Shown: piece by piece, positions 39,750-54,486 of the stretch | Layout of the letters: each line of letters begins with the position of its first letter | How positions within the stretch are numbered: position 1 is the first letter of the stretch | From: Nageia nagi | Taxonomy: Eukaryota; Plantae; Pinophyta | Assembly (NCBI GenBank): GCA_050084985.1 | Contig: JBITNC010000001.1 | Location: forward strand, 69,192,001 to 69,256,000 | Direction: 5' to 3' | Length of the DNA stretch: 64,000 nucleotides | Notes under the pieces: generated by a model | What the model saw: only the letters and a program-made list of their open reading frames with translations | Told to the model about the DNA's origin: nothing | The model's database searches: none | Translations under genes and position numbers: made by a program

Positions 39750-42000
39750 TCATATTACAATCCCATTAGGAATTTCATGGTTCTTACTTATCAAAATGTT
39801 TAATTAGAGTACTATAGATATTGAATCATCATACTTAGATAATGTAATGAAGTAGTTAAGGAGATGCAAGTGAGACCTATTTCCTAGTTGTAGGAGGTTC
39901 ATGATATACCTAATGTACACCTAGAAGAGATCAAATCATTATTCAAAAATATAAAAGCTTAGAATTTAATTATGAAGAATCTAGATAATTTTAATTAATA
40001 TTCTAATATCAAAAATATAATATATCCTTAGGTACTTCCTAGCCTAGATCTCATGTTCTGGTTAATTCAATATTATCACCTAGTTGATAGGAATTTCAAA
40101 ATAATTAATGGTGAAAATGTTTTCTCCATACAAGTAATGGATTTTAAGAGAGTATTTCACCAAAAAATAGATAATATGCCAATTAATCTACCATTATGTT
40201 TCTAGATAATTAACTATTATATAGCTAATGATTGGTCTTATCCTTTCCACTTCAACAAGGAAAAGTTGTGTTCTACATTTTTTTCATTCCCAAAGCCTAC
40301 TTAAAACCTAATTTTGCTTTATTGATAACCATGATACAAATGTTATTGAGTATTAAAGATAATATTACAAAAACAAAACATATATTTTCCCTTATGGAAA
40401 TTAGCAGCACTTGAGGAAGAACAAAGATATTTGATCAGGGTACATGGATCTATAACAAAATGCACCTTACATTGATTGAGTTAAAATAAGTTATTGAATA
40501 GGATGACTTGATCTTGTTGAGGTTATCATACTATTCAATTTTTATCTATTTCATTTTAGGTCAATTACTATATGAAACCTTATACATGCTATAAGATAAA
40601 GAAGTTGATTTCATTTAGGATTTATTGAATATGATTCACTAAATCTTCAATCCTAGGGATAAAAGGCATTTTTATTATCATGTTATGCCAAATTTGCATA
40701 TTATTATAAAAGGAATGCTACTAACTTGCATTAATAAAGCTCTATTTGATTTCATGCTAGTTATTAGAGAGTATTTTTTCACATAATAATTCTCTTTTAT
40801 CAAGAGTTATGGTGCAAACATACCACCCAAGGCTCTTCCCATAGCATGTATAGTTTCTTTGTTTATATTGGAATTGGTTAGGTAGAGTGTTGAATATGCT
40901 AGAGTTAGGATGATAAAGAAACTTAGAAATCTTCCATGATTACAATTGCCTTGCAAATTTGGTTTTTATCTATTTAATTCACATTAATCATTAGTGAATT
41001 CTATTTTTGAAATGGATAAGTTCTATCTGGATGAGGTGAGTTGGAGGCCTTTTGATCCAATAATTTTCATCAAAGGCTAATGAATGGTGTCAATTTTCCC
41101 ATCTCTTTCAAGCATAAAAATGATTATTTTGAAGGTGAATTAGCATAAATGATTAGACAACGAAGTAATCTAAAGAAGGTTTGGAAGTAGTTTCTTGAAC
41201 AAGATAGAAAATATACTATGAAAGTGATAGTTGGTATTTATTCTTCTCAGTTAAGGATTTGTAGAAGTAATATGTTTTGAAATTTGAGGCCATTATTAGA
41301 GGATTACTTGAAGCTATTTTCAAGGAATATAGTTGGACATTAAGACACTTATTGGTCTGATACCAAAGAAAATTCATCCAAGGAGACTTCAACTTATTCT
41401 AACTAATGAAGATTGATGGTTAAATGATTTCTTTATTGATAGGTGATATATCTTGAAAAGGATATATTTGTTTACTTTTTTTGGATGTAGCTAAAGAATC
41501 ATTTTTGTTATTTTGAGTTGGGTAAGTTTCATTTTTGGGAAAAGTAAGTTGGTAGTGATCTCTATATGAAGGAGGAGAGGGATAAGATACAAGATATTTT
41601 GATGAGTTTTCAAGCTATCTAGGTAATGTTTTGGTGCTATGTCTAGGGCTTCTTGACTATTTCACTATTTTACTTTATCTTTCACCATGTTTGAATGACC
41701 TATCACATAATATTTTAAGAGGTTTATTAGAGAAGCAATGTTGTAATTCAATTTCCTATTGCATCCATATATCAAGTATTGTAGGCTAGGTAGAGATGTT
41801 TTTGCCAAGGTTTTTCATATAATTTGGGAAATCTATCTATAATCATAGTTTAATTAGATTATATATTGTTAAAAAAAGGTTTTATTCAATATGATGGTGT
41901 AAGAACTTTGATTATAATGAATTAAAGGCATTTTCTCTATTAAATTCTTTTGAGCTTTTGGTTAGTGCAAGAAGTTGGGTCCACTTCATGGAAAAAAAGT
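39750..42000 (-). mobile_element. Highly degenerate LINE (L1-like) ORF2 remnant
   Basis: Faint motifs occur in LINE order on the minus strand: NFKTYYFYKS (~NTKFFH), NYFQTFF, SNSPHPDR (~KSPGPDG), YLFFGEIL (~LFADD) and RKYLRI (~KYLG). Confidence 0.4.
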
Positions 42001-42210
42001 GAAAGTCTCTTCCTGATTTTTAGGTTTGGTTACATTGATCTCAAAATTTGAAGTACTTGGACATGAAATCTTGAAGAAGTTCATTAAGGTAAAAATGTAG
42101 TGATTTGAATCTAGTTTTTAAATATATAATTTATTTCAATACCTAGATGACAAAAAAAGGTATGAATAAAAATCACTATTTAAAAAATATTATTTTAGAA
42201 CCATATCATG

Positions 42211-42917
42211 TGTAAACACCTAAAAATGGTTTATTATATATTTAATAAATCATATTTAGACTTCCTAAATGACTTATTGCAATATTATAAATGTCAATAT
42301 AAAGTTGATATTATAATGCAATATTGTGTGTTATATTAAGTGCTATATCATTTATCATGATTCATATTTTAAAGTATCTTGAATATAACAATGATTATAC
42401 TATTTATGAAGATCAGTATTTACTCCTTTCTATGTCCTTATAGGCTAAATATGCGAGTGGATTACATATTAGAACTCTTTGATATGACAAGATCTATGAT
42501 AGGTGGTTGTCTTCCACTATCTTAATCTAGCTAAGATGTATTTTGATACCACCTATTATAATAAATTGTTACACTTTGAGCTCTGAAATTTTCTATATTT
42601 GGTGTACATCATAATTCTACTTATTCCACACTGATAATGACATGTGTATTCTAGATTGAGGGTTCCAAATGTCAATCATTGAGATATTGATTCATGCACA
42701 TGAAGATCCATCATGAACGCACCATGAATCTTGTCCCAATCCTTCTAAAATTCATTATTATTTACTTTTGAGGATTATAAATACACTTCATATCAAGTTC
42801 ATGTGTTTCATGTATATTTTTTTTATATCTGATATAGTGTACATATATATTCCTCTTATATTGTAGATCTATTTATTAATTATGTATATTTGTATTTTGC
42901 ATAATTTATACACTACA
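42211..42917 (+). repeat. 5' LTR of element D
   Basis: TGTAAACACCTAAAAATG...CTACA; colinear with 54487-55204. Confidence 0.9.
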
Positions 42918-43149
42918 TTTTGGTGAACTCAACATTCTTACACACTTAGATTCCATTTTAGGGCATCCTTTCTTAGGATTTATGAATCCATTCAAGCTAG
43001 GTACTTAGAGTAATGGCTCAAAAAAATGATAAAACTAGGGTTTGTTTTGCTTCTATTTCAAAGATTAATTTGAATGAACAATAACCTAGGGCTTCTATAA
43101 GTAAGGTCTATTTTGATGAGATCAAGAGAAGTTTTAGGGTTAACCCTAA

Positions 43150-44410
43150 TTTAAATATGCAAGAGATTGATACAAATGATAGAATGGATATTGATGAGGA
43201 TAATGATATTGAATCTACAATTTTTAGCAAAAAAAAAAGGATATTATTGGAGAAACTCATAATAAGGTTAATATGTATCTTACTAATTATGATTTTGGTA
43301 ATGTAAGTTTGGAAAGCCATGGTGATACTTCTGATAGTGATGCTAAAATTAAAGAATTAGATAGAATTCCTATCCATATTAGATCAATAAAGTAATTGTT
43401 ATCTAATAAAGAAAAAATGGATTATTATCTTACTAACAATTTTGAAGAGATTATAGATATCTTAACAAATTATGAGTTGTTAGAAGCAAATTCAATAATG
43501 TTGCAATTGTTGGATAGTTTGTTTTCTTATGAAAATGTAAGATCTAAAAAATGGAGAGCTTCTACTACTAACAATAATGTCACCAATGATGTGGATTATA
43601 CACATACCACCAACGATGTGGACTAAACACATGCTGCTAACAATGTGGAAGTAGAGGATTTGTACCCTAGAATAAAGTGATAATCGAAGATGTCAATGAC
43701 GAAAGTGAATCAAAATCTAACATTTGATGATGAAATTTTGAATATCATATTCTAAGTATGTTTCCTAAAAGTTTTAATAAGGCTAAAGGTAAAGGTAGGT
43801 TGGTTAATGATGAAATTGTAGTAGTTATTGCTAAAAAACTCTCTATAGTAGTTAATAATGCTTATAAACATAACCTTGGTTTGTACAAAGTAGATAATGA
43901 GATAAAAGTTGATGCTATTTTAGATGCTCAATAAATTGATTATTTTCAAAAGGCTAATGAGGAACGACAACTAGTGTTTATGTTAGAATTGGTTAATAAG
44001 CTTGAACATGAAAGAATACATAGGATTTGACCATTTCTATGAATTAAAGAGGATGAAATTAGAAGGTAAATAAAAAATAAACCACTCTCTCAAACTAGCA
44101 ATGCACCATCTCTAACCCCACAACCAGCCCCAAAGATTAATATATATGTAGTACAAAACCAACAACCAAAACAACCTCTTATAATACCAAATACAAGAAA
44201 AAAATGGATGAAAGGATTAAGAAATTAGGAAAAGAATTTCTTAAATATGGTAATATGATTTTTTATTTTGCTTAGAACATCCATTAACTGATATAATTAT
44301 TTCTTAATTGCTTGTTAGTAAAAAGAGTGAAATTTATAAAATTTCATGGTTTACAAGATCCAAAAATATATGTTAGAAAATTTCAAGAGGAAGATTGGAA
44401 TATGTTCATA
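43150..44410 (+). pseudogene. gag: Truncated gag of element D
   Basis: KFIKFHGLQDPKIYVRKFQEE at ~44330-44395 is the start of the gag core. Similarity stops abruptly at ~44410. Confidence 0.6.
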
Positions 44411-44689
44411 AGTTAGTTTTTGATACACATATCAAATAAAAAGTAAAAAGTGTAATAAACCAATAGGTATGATATAGGGTGTTACTTGCTTCCATAAGTG
44501 GAACCACCTTAACCAAGGCCTCTAATCCTAGTGCTGGTATCATTGGTGGTCCTTACACTAGAATATCATGCATAGGATTATACACATTATGTGGGTCCTT
44601 AATAGAATATCCATTTGAAGTTATAGCCATCTCCTCATCCTCCTAATCATACTCATCCATGCCTAATGGGGCTAGTTGAACAATATCTT

Positions 44690-45042
44690 ATCATGCCATG
44701 TATCTCATCATGGTAGCAAGAGCCATAGATATCTCCTCAATACTGTTTAAGGTCCTATGCTCATCCCAAGTCATCTACCATTTGAGTATGATTTTTTACT
44801 CTATCAATACATCTCTCTTGATCTTCTATTGCATGTAGTAAACTAGGGAAGGTGTTATGCTCTGATGGATCCCAAACTATCTAAGTACTTGCTAGGTAAG
44901 GTATGGCTCCATGTGCTTCCTATGGGTCTATAATAAGTATGATTGCCTCACCCAAGCAAGCTAGTAGGCATCCTTATCCTAAAAAAATTCAACATAAGAG
45001 ACCCATACCATTTTTTCAAGCAGCAATTGGTCTATCTCTCTC
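44690..45042 (-). pseudogene. C-terminal part of the antisense PMD ORF of element D
   Basis: EPYLT*QVLR*FGIHQSI matches the PMD Y.PDRVLRQFG..Q.IP motif. Confidence 0.7.
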
Positions 45043-45739
45043 TATATACCTCAAATAATGCATAAATAATAAATTGATGCACTAGTTGTCTATAATGTAT
45101 TATTGAAGCATATATAAGAAATATGGTATCAAATGAACATGATAAATAATGTACCTTCATCAATCCTACATCCAAATGAAATAATAAATATCATACATCA
45201 ATTGCCATAAAACACCATAAGAAATAGATGCCACCAATGGCTTAAAACTATGCCATTAGCTGCATGAAGGATGTAGATCCATGAATAGAAATAAAGATAT
45301 GCAAACTAAAATGAAGGGTTTAATAGATCTATGCAAACATGATTTTATAAAACACCATTATTATTTGGTTAGAAATGATATTTCATGTTTTGATCTCCCT
45401 CTCTTGATATTCATCGATATCATTTATGTTACCTTTGATGTTCTTTTATAAGAATGTTTTGATCCTCTTTGATTCTAGGGATCATTGCATTTTAAGTTGT
45501 TTAAGGTATCTCTTTTGATATTTGACACCTCTTCTATTATACGATGGTCCATTATATTAATTACATTACCTTGGGTATATTTCTAACCCTCTTTACAATA
45601 CATTTTACTTGATGTTTTAAAGTGAATTATTTATTAAATAATAATTCATTTTTAGGCATCTACATTTTGACCCTCTTTGGAGGTGTGATTGAAGAAATGA
45701 GATTACATATATAAAGAATAAGTATAGAAGATTTTTTTT

Positions 45740-46238
45740 TTAAAACTCCATTCAAAATTGACATTTGATGAAGATGATGAGGGTCCTTTACTATCCCCTT
45801 TTGGATTGGTTGCCCTAAGAAAGCTCCTTGAGTGGTACAACCAAAATAAAACTTAAAGAACTATATCCTATTTTCCCCTTACACTATTCAACCATGGATC
45901 TGGTCATCCTTTCATTTTTGATAGTTAAGAATCTAATGCTCTGATATCCATGCCTTCATATAGAAGTGATACTCTAATTTGAGTTCTTAGTTATTCATTT
46001 TGTACTCCATTGATTACATGTTAACAGTGTATCATGCCATTAGTTGTGTGAAGTTTGCTTCATTTTGTATTCTTATTTTGATGTAGATGCCTACAAAAAA
46101 TGTTAGATATACCTTACATGAAAATATTTTGGATACATAGTGATTTACATCATCCATTTATGATGATTCAATGTTAGTAATCTACTTACAGTTGCATCTT
46201 TGGTTTGTCTTTGAAGTGAGTGAACTCTCATTAGCCAT
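45740..46238 (-). pseudogene. Putative two-exon accessory ORF of element E (homologue of the one in C)
   Basis: ATG GCT at ~46238; GTAAGT donor at 46189; CTAAC branch point and TTTTTTGTAG acceptor at 46091. The spliced frame reads MANESSLTSKTNQRCN/CIYIKIRIQNEANFTQLMA*...YMKAW. Confidence 0.5.
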
Positions 46239-46639
46239 ATCTATTCCTATTAATGGTCATACATTTGTATATCTATGACCTTGAGATATTATGATTTGTA
46301 TGGTTCAAAGCAAAAACCATGTGGATACATAGCAAGTTACATAATCCATTAAGGATGAATCAATATCCACATCTTGCTTATAGCTACATTACTAGTTTAA
46401 CTTTTGAGTGAGTGAACTCTCACTAGCCATATCAATGGCCATTAATGACCTAGCATTTATATGTCCATGGTTTGCAGACATTATACTCTCTCTCTTTTAT
46501 ATTAGAGATGGTGTGTAGACAATAATGCACATTTTTAACTATGTTACATATATGAAAATAACTATAGAAATAAAATGAAAACTAAAATACATGTACCTTG
46601 CATGGACTATTCATTATTTTACAAGATACAAAGCCATCA

Positions 46640-49600
46640 TCTTATGAAAAGAAGTGTTTAATATGCATGGTATTTAAGGTTTTTAGTTCTTCCTTGCCAT
46701 CCATGGATGATAATTTGTAAGCTCTTAATCCTATTACTTCAACTACAACAAATGGGCCTAGCCAATTTGGTTCAAATTTTTTTGTTTAGTACTAGGTTTC
46801 CTACCTTGAATTCCTTTAATTTGATATTCTTTCCAAATTCCCTCTTAAATTTTGCATGATAAGATTTTTGATGTTCAATTACCTTAATTCTTTTCTCATT
46901 ACATGATTCCAACTATTATAATCTACCTTTCTTGCTTCTTCATTTGATATTTCTCTCTATAGTGAGATTCTTAAGGATGGAAACTCTAGCTCTAGTGGTA
47001 CTACAACTTCATCTCCATAGACCAATGAAAATGGTATTGCCCTAATGCCTATTCTAATACTTATTCTATATGCCCACAATGCATATGGTAACTATTCATG
47101 CCAATCAACCTTGTATCTATCCCAAGTATTTGAAAAAAATACTCTTTATGGTTTTATTTGATGCTTATACTTGACCATTTCCTTGAATATAATAAATTGA
47201 AGAAAATATTTCAGCAATATAAAACTTTTTACAAAAGGCTTTCATGTATTTACCTTTGAAATTTGGCCCATTACCCATGATCAACATTTTTGGCACCCCA
47301 AACTTGGTGATGGTATTCTCTATCAAGAATGTGATGATCTTATCTTGTGTGACTAATTTCACTGGAATGGCCTCAACCCATTTTGTGGTAAAATCTATAT
47401 TGTGATAATGAATTTGTAACCTTCTCTTGAATGTGGATTGATAAGTCCAATCAAATCTATGCCCTATGTTGCAAATGAACATGGTGAAATTATGGAATTC
47501 AACTCTTTAATTAGTTGTTTCTACAAATTTGCATGCTTTTAATATTGTAAATAGGTCTTAACATGCTTCTTACAATCCTCTTCCATTATAGGTAAATAGT
47601 AACCAATTCATAAAAACTTAGTGTACAATGCTTTTGCATAAAAATGTCCTCCACATAACCCATCATGTTCTTGTTCTAATGTTGTTGTTGTTTCATGTTG
47701 TGTTATACATCTTAAAAGAGCACCATCAAATGACCTTTTATATAAAACTTCACCAATAATCACATACTTGATAGTTGTCCTCTTTAATCTAACTCTTTCA
47801 TTTCTATCATTACTTGAATGAATTGTTTGATCTTTCAAGTAATTGTAAATATCAACATACCATTATTCACAATCATATTCTAGATCAAGGTGGAATGCAT
47901 GTACTTACTTTATATGATAAAGGTGAGAAGGTGTAATAAGCTTTCTAATATTGAGAATGGTTTCTTCTTCTTTTATCTCAATTGGTGCTGATGAAGCTAC
48001 ACTTACCATTGCATCTCCATACATGTTATTAATCCTTGGAATGTTATGAATATTGTACCGATTACACTCATCAAGTAATTCAACAACTACTATCTTATAT
48101 GGTTTAATTTCTCATCGTTTGTATTGTATGTATCCTTAACTTGATTTGCCATAAGCTGTGAGTCACCATATATTTATAAATTTTTTATATTTAGAGTTAT
48201 AGCTGCTTTTAATCCCAAAATCAGAGCTTCATACTCTGCCATGTTATTAGTGCACTCAAATCCAAGTTTATAAGCCATAAGAATTACCTCATTGGTAGGT
48301 GACACTAAAAAAATACCTACCCATTCTCCATAAGAATATTTCTATCCATCATAATATAAATTCCATGTTGTAGTTTTGTCTTCCATGTAGCACATGAACT
48401 CATCTAGGATCATCATTTATTCACTATCACATTGTTGGTTGCCTTGAGTCAGTATGGTACATTTTTGACTATGTGAATCCTCATCATGCTTATTTGGGAA
48501 TTCTTTGTGCACCACTATACCATCAATTTGAGGGAATTATACTATCAAGTCTACAATTGCTTGCTTCTTCATGAACTTTTTCTTTACCAAATTGATATCA
48601 ATTTTTTGTAAAAACATCAATGACTTAGCTACCCTTTTTAACATATGCTATTTTTCTACAAGATATTTTAGTGGGTTAATTGGGCTAATGGCATATGTAG
48701 TGTAATATAAAAGAAAATGCCTCAATGTTTCTATAGCAAAAATAATACCAAAGAAGAGCTTTTCCATGAGTGTGTATCTTATTTCATAATCAATAAGAGT
48801 TTTGCTAAGATAATATATTACCCTTTCTTTATTCTCATCATCTTTTTGACATAATATTTCCCCCAAGACATACAAAGTGGTTGATATATAAAGATATGCT
48901 AGCTTTTAAAAATCCATAGCCACTAAGAAAAAAGGATTTAACAAGTATTGTTTAATATCCTCAAATGATTTTTGACATTTTTCATCCCATACAAACTTGA
49001 CATCCTTTTTCAACAAATGAGTAAATGGCCTACATTTATCTCCAAGTTGGGAAATGAATCTTCTTATTGAATTTATCTTTCCTTGAAGACTTCTTATTTT
49101 CTTGAGGTTCTTTGGAGTTGGCATACTTACTATGGATTTCACCTCCTTAGGATCCACCTCAATAACCCTTTTTGAGACTATGAATCTAAGCAATTTTCCT
49201 AAAGTAACACCAAAAACACATTTTTAAGGTTTTAGTCTAAGCTTGTAACTCTTAAGAATTTGAAATACCTCTTCAAGGAGTTCTAAATGGTCTTAGCCTT
49301 ACATTGATTGAACTAAGATGTCATCAAAATATACCTCCACTGATTTATGAATGTGCTCAAGGAATATAGACATCATAGCTCTTTGATAGGTACACCTATA
49401 TTTTTCAATCCAAAATACATAACCTTCCAACAAAAATTTCCCTAAGGTGTAGTAAAAGTAATCTTATGTTGATCAATCAAATTTATTAATATTTGATTAT
49501 ATCTTGAAAAATCCATCCATAAAAGATAAAGTATCATTACCATCAATACTATCCATAATCATATCAATATTAAGCAATGGAAAATCATCTTTTGGATAAG

Positions 49601-51700
49601 CATTATTGATATCATGAAAATAAGTGCAAACCCTTATCTCTGATATAGGTTTTGTAACATGAATAATGCTAGCCATCCATTCTAAATAATCAATTGGTTT
49701 AATGAATCCAGCATTCAAATATTTTTCAATTTCTTTCTTCACTAATAATGAATTAGAGGGATTCCTCTTTCTTGGTATTTGTTTAATTGGTTTGGCTCCT
49801 TCCTTTAATGGTAGATTATGCATAACAAAAGAGGTATCTAAACCAAGCATATCAGCATAAGACTAAGAAAAATTATTTTGATTTTTATAAATTTATTTTT
49901 GTACCTTTCTTAGTGAGGCATTGTAAGGGCTATTCCAACTTTGACCAACCGTTGCTCATCACTTGTTCCAATATTAACATCTACTAGTTCTTTAGCCAAG
50001 AATGTTAATTCATCCTTTTTCTACAATAATGAAGGCAACTCTACTAATCCTTGAATATCAGTTGTATCATTATCTCCTTACTCAACCTAAAATACTTGAT
50101 TAATATTCACTTCTTGTCCAAAATATGCATACTCATTAAGAATGTAACTTGTTTTCTATTTGTTATTGGATTTAGGCAATTTTGAATGTGCCCCCAAGTA
50201 TTCTAAAATGTCATCATTAGTAATCAAACTCAAGTGGTATAGTATCATCAAGCCATCAATATTCATTAATATCATCACAAAGTTTCATTAAATTGCATTC
50301 TTTTATAAATTTGATAGGTCCCTTTATTTATTTTGTATTTTGATCACTACCTAATACATTCTTAGTTTTTTGAGCTCCTAAATCACTAGGAAAAGAAGAA
50401 ATACCTTATTCTGATTTACCTACACCCCCTTCTTTATATTTGCAATTTCATGTCATGTACTTGTGAACAAAAGGAGATGGAAAGGTTTTACCTGTTACAT
50501 TTTTCACATAATCTTTTGTTGACATATTTGAATTGGGTGATACCATTGCTAAAGAGCAAGATCCCCCATTATCTCCACTATTTTCATGCCACTGGTAACC
50601 TTCAAGAAGTATAGCACACCAGTGATGACCCTCAATATTAAAAATTTTTTATCATCCCAAACATTTGATAGATGTGAATAGATCAAATTTTTTAATTTTG
50701 TATGTTCGTATACCTATTTTTATGATTTGAGACTATTTTTTTGCATTTACCACTAGTGCACCTATTTCCAAAGGTACAATCTCATATCTAGAATAAGTAA
50801 TTATGAATTATTCTAATTTTGCTAAATTACATAAGGCATATGGTGCCATTTTTACTAATTGCTGCAATAAACCTCTTTTCATCAAATCTCCAAGAATAAA
50901 CCTTGGTTGAATTGGAAATGTATACCATCTATCTCTTGTTATACTTAATCTTTTCAATTTAGGTGGGGTTGTAGGTGCATAAGCCATATTCACTATCTTT
51001 TCCTCTTTTTTGTGTATGTCATATGATTATCCTTATTATAAGGAGTATATGTATACTTATATCTCCTAACTCAAGTAAAACTTCCTCTTTTTGCAATAAT
51101 TCTTTTAATAATACTTCATATCCAATACTCTTATCTATTGGAGCATGCAATTTAATGATTGGTAAAATATAATATCTAAATATACCAAAAATTTTACTCT
51201 CATCCAATTTACTATAAATATATTGCCATACCTTTTTGAATCTTTGAATATACTTCTTTAGGGTTTCATTGTTTCGTTGGTGCATTGTAGATAACTCTAT
51301 AATAGTTCCTTGCTCTTTAACATTATGCTTGTATCGACCCATGAATACTTTTACCAATAACTTAAATGAATCTATTAATCCTCTTGGTAAGTTGTAGAAA
51401 CATTGACTGGCATCACCTTTTAAACTCCATGGTAAAAATTTTACCATTAACTTCTCTTTCGATCCCAATTTCAATAAGCACTCCTAAAAGTTGATAAGAT
51501 GTTTCTTTGGGTCTTATTTGCCACTAAACATCTTGAACTTTGGCACCTTATGCTTAGGTGGTAGGGGATAATTATGGATATCATCTGACAAGGGTGAGGT
51601 GAAGAAACCATCATAATCTTCTTCTTTTTGTTGGAATTTATTCCTATTCTTAAGATTGGTTAACCTTACAGCTATTGTTGGGTCTGAAATTGACTATGAA
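46640..51700 (-). pseudogene. gag-pol: Disrupted gag-pol of element E (protease deleted at ~50850)
   Basis: FLPWSLKGDASQCFYNL (gag); YPKDDFP..LSFMDGF (RT); ERVIYYLSKTL (RH); HDGLCGGHF and TKWVEAIP (INT). Gag joins directly to PYALCN, which lies downstream of PR in element C. Confidence 0.9.
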
Positions 51701-52522
51701 CTACTACCTAAAATTTGCATTGAAGTTGGTTGCTTAGTAAGATCTACCACTTGTTTCATTAAATGTGTTATCTATGCCGTGGCTTGGTCTATTTTTACAT
51801 TGTTGATAGCCTAAAAATAGTCTATATATGTTGCTAATAGCATAGATCTTATCATAGAAACCTCATGAGATCTTGCCGATAGGTCAAGATTAATTGAAAC
51901 AATTGGGTTCACCAAAATGTAGACATTAAATCATGCATAAATAAAAACTTTATGCACTATTTGTCTATAATATATTATTGAAGCATATATCAAAAATATG
52001 GCATCAAACGAACATGATAAACAATGTAACTTCATCTAACTTACATGTAAATGAAATAATAGAGATCATACATCAATCACCATAACACACCATAAGAAAT
52101 GGACATCACCAATGAACTAAGAGCATGTTGTTAGTTATGTGAAGGATGTAGATCCATGAATAGAAATAAATACATATGAATTAGGATGAAGGGTTTAATG
52201 GATATATGCAAAGGTGATGTTACAAATCATTGCTAGTGGTTGGGTAGAAATGATATTGCATGTTTTGATCTCCTTCTCTTGATATTCACCGATATCATTT
52301 ATGTTTTAGCAACATTTTGATGCTCCTTTATTCTTAGGATAATTACCTTTTACATTATTTAATGTGTCTCTTTTGTTATTTGACACCTCTTACATTATAT
52401 AAGGATCCATTACATTAATTACATTGCCTTGGGTATATTTCTAACCCTCTTTAGAATACATATTCCTTGATGCTTTAAAATGAATTATTTAATAAATAAT
52501 AATTCATTTTTAGGCATCTATT

Positions 52523-53290
52523 ATCTTCTCCTCACCTCCAAAGAGTGTGGGTACCTATACCCATGTAGCCTAGAAACCCAATAGGTCATAGAAATATATG
52601 TAGGATCTTCCCTTGCCCTTTAGAGTTTGATAGGTTAAATCATAGGTAGCTTCTCATATGCCTATACTTGCAATAGGATCACATGAGCAATTATGATGTT
52701 GAACTTGTCAGTACAAATAAAATTATATAAATCCCTATACAATTATACCAAGATAATTGAAACCCACATATATCTCATGCCCTTGTAACAAATATCTTGC
52801 ACTATCCAAACTAAACTAAATGGGAACACCCAAGTACTCTTTTCCAAGTATAAGAATGTGGAGATAATAGAGGCAATCATCAACCTCAAGTTCCTAGCAT
52901 GAGAGGAAAATTTATATGCCCTAGACAAGTGGAAGGCCTTATACTCCTAATCATGATCTTCCTCCCCTATCAACCAAATTGAATATCATTTCCTTTCATT
53001 ATTTTCTACAATCTCATCCTGATGCACAAGTTGACCTTGGATGGGAATATGACTAATGTAGTAGATGTCTAGTAAGATAATGGTCATTTCACCTAGGGGT
53101 AGGTGAAAGTTATTTGTATCTTGATCCCACCACTCCACCAAATTTGCAAGAAAGGTAGGTCATGTTATACATGTCCAACCACAACCAGGTCATTCAATCC
53201 TAAGTACATGAGGTTGTCATCCTTATGACCCTTCCTAGGCCATGTCCTTGACTTTTCCAAATCCATTGTAGACATGGATCCACCTCTCAT
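52523..53290 (-). pseudogene. N-terminal part of the antisense PMD ORF of element D
   Basis: Manual translation gives FLANLVEWWDQDTNNFHLPLGEMTIILLDIYYISHIPIQG, YMWVSIILV*LYRDL and LLQV*AYEK. Confidence 0.88.
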
Positions 53291-54486
53291 ATTAACCTTA
53301 TGGTCATTCAAGCATAACAAAAACCAAATGGGTGAGAATAATTATTAAAAATAAAACATATACAAATAAGAAATAATATAAATGCTATCATAATCAAGAA
53401 AAAATTGAAAAAAAAAAAGCAAAAACTAAAAGTAAAGGAAAAACCCTATAGTTTTAATCAAAACAAATTGGAAAAATATTGAAAGTGAATGTTAGTAAGA
53501 AAAATAAGAAAGAAAATGCCAAAAAAAACTCACTACATTCTCAAAAGGAAGGCTTCATAGGTATTTGGCCATATGTCACTTCTGCCTAGTCAACGGTCTC
53601 TCCTTAGCATGCCATCCATCATTCACCATATCATCGAGTCAATAAAGAAAGCAATGGTTGGGGGAAATAAATTTGAGAAAAGATCAACAATAGAAATAGG
53701 GATAAAGAGAGCACATTTTTATAGAGCTTTGAACAAAGAAATTAAAGAGACAAAATAAAAATGATAAAAGTTAACACCAATAGCCTTTATGTTCAATTTT
53801 TTCCCTAAATACTAATTAAATGAGTGCCTTTTACAATGTTCAATTTAATGCTTGGAAAATGATGGCTAAATGCAGGGGAATATTTTAATTAGTAGTAACT
53901 TCTTTTTCAAAAATCAATTATGCTAAATTCACACTATCAACAATGTGCAAAATGTGAAATTGATGTGCAATATATTGCATGCTAATAAAAATGTTAAATA
54001 TGGTAAGATTGAATGTTTACATTTTGCATCGATGTTTAAATTGATGGTATTCCATTTTTATGTTTATTAATACTAAATAGATGTTGGTAGTGGCATTTTT
54101 TATGTAAAATTAACAAACAATTCAAGTGCTATGATCAAATTCTACTTTTGTTGAATCCGAGTAGATGCATAAAATGGATGCTATGTGATGAAAATATGGA
54201 GATTTTAGTTTATCAAATTTGATTTAATCAAATTCAAGTGTCAATTTTTTCATTTTCATGTAGATGCAAAATTCTACAATGGTGAGTATCTAAATAATTA
54301 TGTTTCAATATGAATTGAATGCATTCTTTTTCTTAAAGTTCATTTCCATCATTCTTATGTTGGAAATAGTGTGAATAAAGTGAAATTACAGGTTCTTCTA
54401 AATGTTGATCATGTTATCATAGTTTCAATATGTCAAAATAATTGATATCATGCTTGTATGATCATTGCATAGATAAGAAGGGAAAA

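Larger units (their letters stand above)
45043..52522 (-). mobile_element. Element E: Tat-clade retrotransposon of the same family as C, inserted into the PMD ORF of D
   Basis: LTR pair at 45043-45664 and 51918-52522; PBS at 51903-51914 (TGGTGAACCCAA); PPT at 45665-45678; TSD decayed. Confidence 0.9.
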
